Part shown: positions 17,559-23,254 of the stretch, one piece after another
Layout of the letters: each line of letters opens with the position of its first letter
Numbering within the stretch: position 1 is the stretch's first letter
Assembly: GCA_964518475.1 (NCBI GenBank)
Contig: CAZFGR010000006.1
Coordinates: forward strand, 1 to 23,254
DNA from: an uncultured Nitrososphaerota archaeon
Lineage (GTDB): Archaea; Asgardarchaeota; Njordarchaeia; Njordarchaeales; Njordarchaeaceae
DNA length: 23,254 bases
Reading direction: 5' to 3'
Position numbers and translations under genes: made by a program
Notes under the pieces: generated by a model
What the model saw: the letters and a program-made list of their open reading frames with translations, nothing else
Databases searched by the model: none
Told to the model about the DNA's origin: nothing

Positions 17559-18566
17559 CTAGATCCTGATTTTGCAGGAGGGGATAGTAATATCTTTCAT
17601 TGTTAATACTCCCTTAGGAGCTTCAAGAATCTTTGGGATAGCATTTATTACCATCGCTGCCGTTGCTATATCTCCGTGCGTTCCATATTCGTTTCTCCAC
17701 TTAAGTGGTGGCTCTCCCTCAATCACTACCTCATCATAGTCTTGTCTCTCCACAGCAGCTAAGAGCTCCAGCTTTATGAACTCTCTATCACCTACATAAC
17801 CGATCCCAAAACCTCTGATACCACAGACGTGTCCCGGTTTTATCTCAAAATATTGTGTCCTCATAGGCTTCTCGGCTATGACCGGTTCCTGACCCTCTAT
17901 TACCCTATCTAATTTTATGCCTAGCATCGAGGCTATGAGCATGATTGATTCTGCATACCCTACATGGGCGGTTATTTCTCCCCTCGCCATTTTTTCTTTG
18001 AATTCTTCGGGGGTTAAGCTTAAACCATACTTCTTCTGGAAGGGGTATCTTCTCTTAGCAGCGTCTATTGATCTTACTACGTGTATCTTATCAACTCTAA
18101 CACAAACTGCTGTGAGGAACGCCGGAAGTGAGTCAAAGATGAAACCTGGGTTAACACCTGTTCCGAGGATAGATACATTGTGCTCCTTAGCCATTTTATC
18201 TAATTTATCCGCTAATTCTGGAAATCTATACCACGGATAAGCTAGAGTCTCGGATGTGGATACAACGTTAGCCCCAGCTTTAATGCACTTTTCTAGCTGC
18301 GGAAAAGCTTTGTCGAGATAAGTAGTAACTGTGTGAATAACTACGTCTGGCTTAGTTTTGTGCAGAAACTCCTCAGCTTCGTTATCATGCACTACTCTCG
18401 CTCCTAAGGAACCAACACCAATTACTTCTCCAATATCTTTTCCAACTTTATTAGGGTCAACATCGATTGCCCCAATTATAGCGGCCCATTCTCTATTAAC
18501 TAAATACTTAGCAATTAAGGAACCTATAGCTCCTAGACCATAGATAACAATTTTTACCTTAGACAT
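17559..18566 (-). CDS. NAD(P)-dependent amine dehydrogenase / 2,4-diaminopentanoate dehydrogenase family protein (DapB-like N-domain)
   Basis: YGLGAIG Rossmann motif, NVVSTSE, GTGVNPGF, HVG..ES, GD.ATAA..INAIP. GGTG SD favours ATG at 18566 (ORF track 18596). Confidence 0.85.
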   Translation of the reverse strand: MSKVKIVIYGLGAIGSLIAKYLVNREWAAIIGAIDVDPNKVGKDIGEVIGVGSLGARVVHDNEAEEFLHKTKPDVVIHTVTTYLDKAFPQLEKCIKAGANVVSTSETLAYPWYRFPELADKLDKMAKEHNVSILGTGVNPGFIFDSLPAFLTAVCVRVDKIHVVRSIDAAKRRYPFQKKYGLSLTPEEFKEKMARGEITAHVGYAESIMLIASMLGIKLDRVIEGQEPVIAEKPMRTQYFEIKPGHVCGIRGFGIGYVGDREFIKLELLAAVERQDYDEVVIEGEPPLKWRNEYGTHGDIATAAMVINAIPKILEAPKGVLTMKDITIPSCKIRI

Positions 18567-18727
18567 AATGAACACCATAACAGATAGATACTCCAAGCCT
18601 TTTAAATCCGTAATATTTAACGGGAAATTGAAGAATCAGGGATTGGGTGGTTAATCTAAATTATGCGAGTCCAGGAAATGTGAGAAAAAGAGGAGGGATT
18701 TTCGAACAAATTGTCGCCTTTTAGTAT

Positions 18728-20458
18728 CTATTCCCATTCCTCAATTCCGTATTTTCTAGCGATGTTATTAATCGTTTTAAGATCGGTTAGAATAAGAATT
18801 CTCCGCGTCTCTTGCAGGGCTCTATTTATTGCCGATTCTTCGATACCTACCTGGGAAATTATCCAGCAAGCTTTCACGATTTTCCTCTCGATTAGCTCTA
18901 TATTCTCACATTTTTTCAGAACTTCTTCTATATGATCTCTTCTTATCCGCTCAGTTTCTTTAACCTCTACAACCACTAATTCTTCATTTGCTAAGAGAAT
19001 ATCCACGCTTATTTGTTCCTCACCAATCTTCTCTGTCCAATTCTCTATTAGTCTATTCCCTATCGTTATGTCCGAAGCAATATTTGCACGTCCAAGAGCT
19101 AGGGAAGAGAAAGTATTGCCTCTTAACTGGTTAACAACTCTAACAACCCACTCCTTAAAGCTTGGTTTCGCATACCTCGTAGCTTCTAGTTTCTCAATCA
19201 GATTTTTCAAATACCCTACAACTTTTGGATTTCTTAAAGCATCAACTGATAGTAGATATTGAAGAGATCTAGAATAGACGAAAGCTCTGAATAATTGATC
19301 CTTATAAAATACCTTCCCGTTCTTTTCCTGAAGGATTTCTAGAGCTATAAGTTCTTTCAGAATTTTATTTAATTGTCCTTCCTCGATCCCAACACTCTTA
19401 GATATAAAGCTTGATGAAGCACCTTCATTAACGGCTACTAGATGTAACACATCAAAGTATGGGCTATCATCCAGACGCAGATATGAGAGAAACTTCTCAA
19501 GGCTCAAAGCAATATTTCCATTAGAAGTTAGGGCTTCCGCCATAAAAGCTTTCTCCAGTACTTCTTCATCCCGAGATCCCCAACTACTTCGCATCTCAGA
19601 CAATAAAGTCGTAGCTCTCTTCAACAAGAAATAAAGGTACTCTGGGACACCGCCTGTATATGTATATAGTATCGAAAGGGTCTTTCCGGGAAGAACCCTC
19701 TTAACAATTCTTTCCGCGAATTTAGCTGCTTCCTCCCTCTTAAATGGTCTCAATTGGATAGTATCAATCTCTGTTTCAAAGAACCTCCTTGCATCCCTAG
19801 CGAATTCAATCATTTTTGTTGCAGATAATCCAGATATGACAAGGAGTAGCGGAGCGCCTATTTTTTTCAATAATTCGAAAAATTGTTTAACGGATCTTGC
19901 ATCTCGAGACAGTAGGACATGGAAGTTATCGAAAACTATTATTATGGGTTTTACATCTATGGCTGTTCTCTCTATAATTTCTAATAGATTCTTTAGAGCT
20001 CCTTGCACATCCCCCTCCACGTAATTTTGTTCAAATTCATCCACTTTTTCCTTCATAAAATCCCTTAAAATAGTTTCCCGCATCTTCCCAACAATATTCT
20101 TAATCTCATCCATTGATAAAGCATGATTCGGGAACCCTATCCACGAGCCAAAGAGCCACCAAATGACTCTTTCAAAGACATAAAGAGTAAAAGTTTTCAA
20201 CTCATCAGGCACAAATACGCTATCTAGATAAACCACTCGAACCTTATCTTCTTTCAAAACTCTTGAGATCATTTCTTTAATAAACATAGTTTTTCCAACG
20301 CCTTTTCGCCCATAGATAAATATTACCCTGAATTTTCTCTCCGTATAAACCATGTTCACATTAAAAAGAAATTTTGAGATCTCTTCATCTCTTCCTACAA
20401 AAATTTCAGATTCCTCTGGGGGATACATAAATAGTAACTGATCCAAGGAACCACTCAT
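18728..20458 (-). CDS. Archaeal STAND-type P-loop ATPase with winged helix and C-terminal PD-(D/E)xK-like domain
   Basis: FVGRDEE, Walker A YGRKGVGKT, Walker B IIVFDNF, ISGL, LRPF, TGGVPEYL, HTH-like segment, C-terminal VDIL...VVVEVK. GGTGG SD. Confidence 0.85.
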   Translation of the reverse strand: MSGSLDQLLFMYPPEESEIFVGRDEEISKFLFNVNMVYTERKFRVIFIYGRKGVGKTMFIKEMISRVLKEDKVRVVYLDSVFVPDELKTFTLYVFERVIWWLFGSWIGFPNHALSMDEIKNIVGKMRETILRDFMKEKVDEFEQNYVEGDVQGALKNLLEIIERTAIDVKPIIIVFDNFHVLLSRDARSVKQFFELLKKIGAPLLLVISGLSATKMIEFARDARRFFETEIDTIQLRPFKREEAAKFAERIVKRVLPGKTLSILYTYTGGVPEYLYFLLKRATTLLSEMRSSWGSRDEEVLEKAFMAEALTSNGNIALSLEKFLSYLRLDDSPYFDVLHLVAVNEGASSSFISKSVGIEEGQLNKILKELIALEILQEKNGKVFYKDQLFRAFVYSRSLQYLLSVDALRNPKVVGYLKNLIEKLEATRYAKPSFKEWVVRVVNQLRGNTFSSLALGRANIASDITIGNRLIENWTEKIGEEQISVDILLANEELVVVEVKETERIRRDHIEEVLKKCENIELIERKIVKACWIISQVGIEESAINRALQETRRILILTDLKTINNIARKYGIEEWE

Positions 20459-20718
20459 AGAACCACCCTTTTAACAACACACCTAATCAGCAATATAATT
20501 CTTCATCTAATTGAAAGCGAAAATAAACAATTTGGAAGACTCAGCATATTAAATTGAGTATAAGATAATTCAACATAATGAGAATATGCATAAAAGTATC
20601 CACCACTAAAATTAATTGATCAAGAAAAAACAACAGCAAATCGAATATTAAATCTTGAGAAGACTAGAAGAGGGCAAAATTGCTCTATAATTATCATAAT
20701 AGCTTGATAGAGAACTCT

Positions 20719-21120
20719 TTACTTGTTATTTTCCAGAAACTTCTTCACAAATTCTGCAATTTTACTAAATGTTTCCTCATGGATACCGTGTTCTATGTAG
20801 CAGGCATCTTCTTCAGCAATCTCTTCGGGTACCCCCAGAATATCTATTAAGAACCGCTTAATTATTTTATGGCGTTCATAGATCTCTTGAGCGATTTTCT
20901 CACCATCTGGAGTCAACGCTATCATATCATATTTCTCATAAGCTATCAATCCACGCTTTTTTAACCGTTTCAAGAAATCAACAACACTGGCTGGTTTCAC
21001 ATTCAGAAGTCTTGCCAGATCTTTTACTCGAATAGATTTCTTCTTCAGAAACAAGATATACATAGCTTCAAGATACTCTTCTTCACGTTTTGATAAGTCA
21101 AGCTTAACTCCCGTACTCAT
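20719..21120 (-). CDS. DtxR/MntR-family metal-dependent transcriptional regulator
   Basis: EEYLEA, RVKDLA..LNVKPASV, LTPDG, RH..I..FL, AEEDACYIEH. No FeoA domain. Likely ATG at 21120 (ORF track 21144). Confidence 0.93.
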   Translation of the reverse strand: MSTGVKLDLSKREEEYLEAMYILFLKKKSIRVKDLARLLNVKPASVVDFLKRLKKRGLIAYEKYDMIALTPDGEKIAQEIYERHKIIKRFLIDILGVPEEIAEEDACYIEHGIHEETFSKIAEFVKKFLENNK

Positions 21121-21198
21121 TCTCAAACCCACTAATCTCCCCACATATTAAATTATAAAGAATATTTTTCAACAATTAAAAGATATGTCACAGATTAC

Positions 21199-21507
21199 CT
21201 ACCGAAATTTCCAACAACATCTAATACGTAACCGTCCCCGTCTCCTAGTAGTGAATTTGGGATTCCCATCCAAGAGCTCCGAGCTAGAAGCTCTATATCT
21301 ATTGTCTACAAAGTCGGGGCGGACAAAAATTCTCTGAGACCTCCTATTCCCTCGTAAATACGTCTCATCAGCCCAATTTTCTAATAATGGATAGTATTTC
21401 TCCCTTTTAGATTTTAGGAGAATTATTATAAGCACCGCCACTTCGATTAAAGCTAGTACTAGTTGAAAGACGAGTATATATTGGAGCCATGGCATAATAT
21501 CGAGCAT
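21199..21507 (-). CDS. Small hypothetical single-pass membrane protein with basic tail
   Basis: AGGTGA SD upstream of the ATG. One long hydrophobic helix followed by KSKREK, then an Arg-rich C-terminus. Confidence 0.6.
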   Translation of the reverse strand: MLDIMPWLQYILVFQLVLALIEVAVLIIILLKSKREKYYPLLENWADETYLRGNRRSQRIFVRPDFVDNRYRASSSELLDGNPKFTTRRRGRLRIRCCWKFR

Positions 21508-21674
21508 TCTTGGATCACCTAATATTATAATTAGAATTGTAATATTATTAAATATTTTTTCCTTTTCTAACTAGAAATTTTTCTCCCTACGCACTGGTAT
21601 CTATTGCAAATGAGACAAAAACTAGTGTAGGTAATATCGGAATGGCAACTAAAAAAGAAAATCACTTCTATTTT

Positions 21675-22703
21675 TTACCATTCTCCTATAATGTGTTCCG
21701 TTGGCAGGAATGCTATCTCTGTTCTTAGCTTAATATGGTGTTTTATCGGCTTTACCATTCCCGAAACTCTTCTCGGTACTGCATGATACCCCGCTTTTTT
21801 GAATATTCTTAGCATTGTGCCTTCCATCGCATTGGATAAAATTCCAATAACTCCATTTTCCTCGAGTTTCTTCGTGATTGCTGATACTACACAGGTTAGT
21901 GAGTCAATGTTCTTTGTGACTATGTTTGATACTATTCCTATCCTAAATTTTGAGCCGTAGGTGTTTGCGAATAATCTTATAGAACCTATTCCTGCTGTAT
22001 CGTTTTTGTACGCAACAATTTGAGCTCTTTTCAATCTCTTAGGACTTATTCTGGAGTAGAGATTCATCTCTAGGCCTATCTTGTTTAACATGTTTGTTGC
22101 TGAATCATTTTTCAGGAATGTTATACCTGAGCACTCGGGTACTTTCTTCTTCGGTAAGAAATATGGTATTAGCTTAAATATTCTCCTCGAAATCAATCTT
22201 GCGAAATCTCTTCTATTAACTACCCTAAACACAACTCTGAGGAATATCGCATCTTTATACCCGAATTTCTCGTACATTCTGTGGGCTATTCCTCCATGGG
22301 TTGTGAAAAGCATGCTGAAAGACATATCATGTTCCCTTAATGCTTCGTCTGCTCCTCGAAATACCTTCTTTCCAAGTCCTCTACCCTGGTACTTGGGATG
22401 AACAGCTACGTCATCTATGAATCCCGCTAAATGCTCTTCGCCGCTTATTACGACTTTTTTAATCGTCAGTATTGTTGATGCAACAACGTCTTGATCTTTA
22501 AATATTAGTGAAACAACGACATCCTCAAAATCACCACTCTTCACGGGCGAGATGTATTTCTCAATCCATTCCTCGGGGTATCTGAATATACTAAATCTTA
22601 GCGGGTTTGCATGAGAGAACGTCGTATTGAATAGGTTGCATGTGCTGGATATCTGGTCAATTGATAATTCATCCGCGTGAACTAACACTTGTTTAAAGGT
22701 CAA
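21675..22703 (-). CDS. GNAT-family N-acetyltransferase (extended, Eis-like N-terminal domain)
   Basis: Acetyl-CoA motif A DDVAVHPKYQGRGLG and motif B AHRMYEKFGY. A second degenerate GNAT-like half ends IFKKAGY. GGTGA SD before the TTG. Confidence 0.9.
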   Translation of the reverse strand: MTFKQVLVHADELSIDQISSTCNLFNTTFSHANPLRFSIFRYPEEWIEKYISPVKSGDFEDVVVSLIFKDQDVVASTILTIKKVVISGEEHLAGFIDDVAVHPKYQGRGLGKKVFRGADEALREHDMSFSMLFTTHGGIAHRMYEKFGYKDAIFLRVVFRVVNRRDFARLISRRIFKLIPYFLPKKKVPECSGITFLKNDSATNMLNKIGLEMNLYSRISPKRLKRAQIVAYKNDTAGIGSIRLFANTYGSKFRIGIVSNIVTKNIDSLTCVVSAITKKLEENGVIGILSNAMEGTMLRIFKKAGYHAVPRRVSGMVKPIKHHIKLRTEIAFLPTEHIIGEW

Positions 22704-22960
22704 AATTCTTCACCATAATCTCTGCGTTCTCCTCCTACTTAGCTTAACAATTACTTCCAAAGCCTTTTAAACCTCCACAAAGAACTATTTGCACGACTAG
22801 CTTCAAGACACCTTGGATCACGGTTTCTGAAGGATGGAAAAGCTTTGTTCAAAGAGAGCATTCTAATTAATGACTAGGCAGCAAGTCCCTAAAAAAACTA
22901 ATGAATCGAGAACACTTAGAAAGAAGCCAATGTATGGCTTTTTCTAGCAAAAGCTTAAAT

Positions 22961-22991
22961 AAAGTTACAAATGTATTTATAATGTTACAAA
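22961..22991 (+). promoter_or_regulatory. TATA-like box flanked by a direct repeat, upstream of the zinc-ribbon ORF
   Basis: GTTACAAA at 22964-22971 and 22984-22991 brackets TTTATAA (22976-22982), about 20 nt before ATG 23003. Confidence 0.4.
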
Positions 22992-23002
22992 ATTATTGCG
23001 TG

Positions 23003-23254
23003 ATGACTAGGGCTGGCAGAGAACCCGTTACATTAAAGAAAAAGTTTATGTGTACTAGGTGCGGAAAAATAATAGAGGTTCCGTGTGGTACTCCTAAGCC
23101 ATCAACTTGCCCATATTGCGGTGCTCCTCGTACTATAATTCACAGAATTGGTAAAGATCCTTGCGGATCCAGAGCTTATCACCAATATTCAGAAGGTTTG
23201 TCACCCCAAGACACGGTGCCTTTTAGAGGAGGGGAGAGGAAAAAGAAGTTGGCG
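23003..23254 (+). CDS. Rubredoxin-like/zinc-ribbon (CxxC...CPxCG) protein, truncated at the right edge
   Basis: Not in the ORF track. Manual translation: MTRAGREPVTLKKKFMCTRCGKIIEVPCGTPKPSTCPYCGAPRTIIHRIGKDPCG...KKKLA, with no stop before the edge. Confidence 0.75.
   Translation, partial: MTRAGREPVTLKKKFMCTRCGKIIEVPCGTPKPSTCPYCGAPRTIIHRIGKDPCGSRAYHQYSEGLSPQDTVPFRGGERKKKLA

Noticed and set aside
17559-18566. Calling the dehydrogenase dapB
   Set aside because: Its length and GTGVNPGF/HVG motifs fit the diaminopentanoate/amine dehydrogenase family, and the DapB E-x-HH-x-x-K-x-DAPSGTA motif is absent.
20459-20718. 260-bp AT-rich gap as a possible ncRNA or origin
   Set aside because: No stable stem, tRNA fold or ORB-like repeat was recognised.
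795-22401. The other short (60-120 aa) ORFs in the track that lie within or antisense to long genes
   Set aside because: No motifs or SDs recognised, with composition typical of shadow frames.
23000-23060. GTGATGA as box C of a C/D sRNA
   Set aside because: No CTGA box D at a suitable distance, and it coincides with the start codon of the zinc-ribbon ORF.

Overview
AT-rich, gene-dense DNA that looks archaeal and thermophilic: GGTG(A)/GGAGG ribosome-binding sites, TATA-like boxes, oligo-T terminators, an archaeal-type ATPase, and E/K/R-rich proteins. The lineage cannot be fixed from sequence alone. The main feature is a mannose/sorbose/fructose-family PTS locus with one IIA, one IIB and three separate IIC-IID fusion permeases. 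Next to it are an SIS(UPF0309-like)-NagA fusion and a divergent GlmU-like nucleotidyltransferase/acetyltransferase, which suggests N-acetylhexosamine uptake or salvage. Two of the otherwise diverged permease paralogues share a 183-bp tract that is 100% identical. The remaining genes encode a metallophosphoesterase, a PAP2 phosphatase, an AroM-family protein, an M1 aminopeptidase with HEAT repeats, a class-III aminotransferase paired with an amine-dehydrogenase-family enzyme, an archaeal STAND-type ATPase with a nuclease-like tail, a DtxR/MntR regulator, a GNAT and two orphans. Two edge-truncated genes missing from the ORF track were found by hand: a secreted DUF2341-like protein and a Cys4 zinc-ribbon protein. 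No RNA genes, CRISPR arrays or mobile elements were recognised. All calls come from motif reading; no searches were run.
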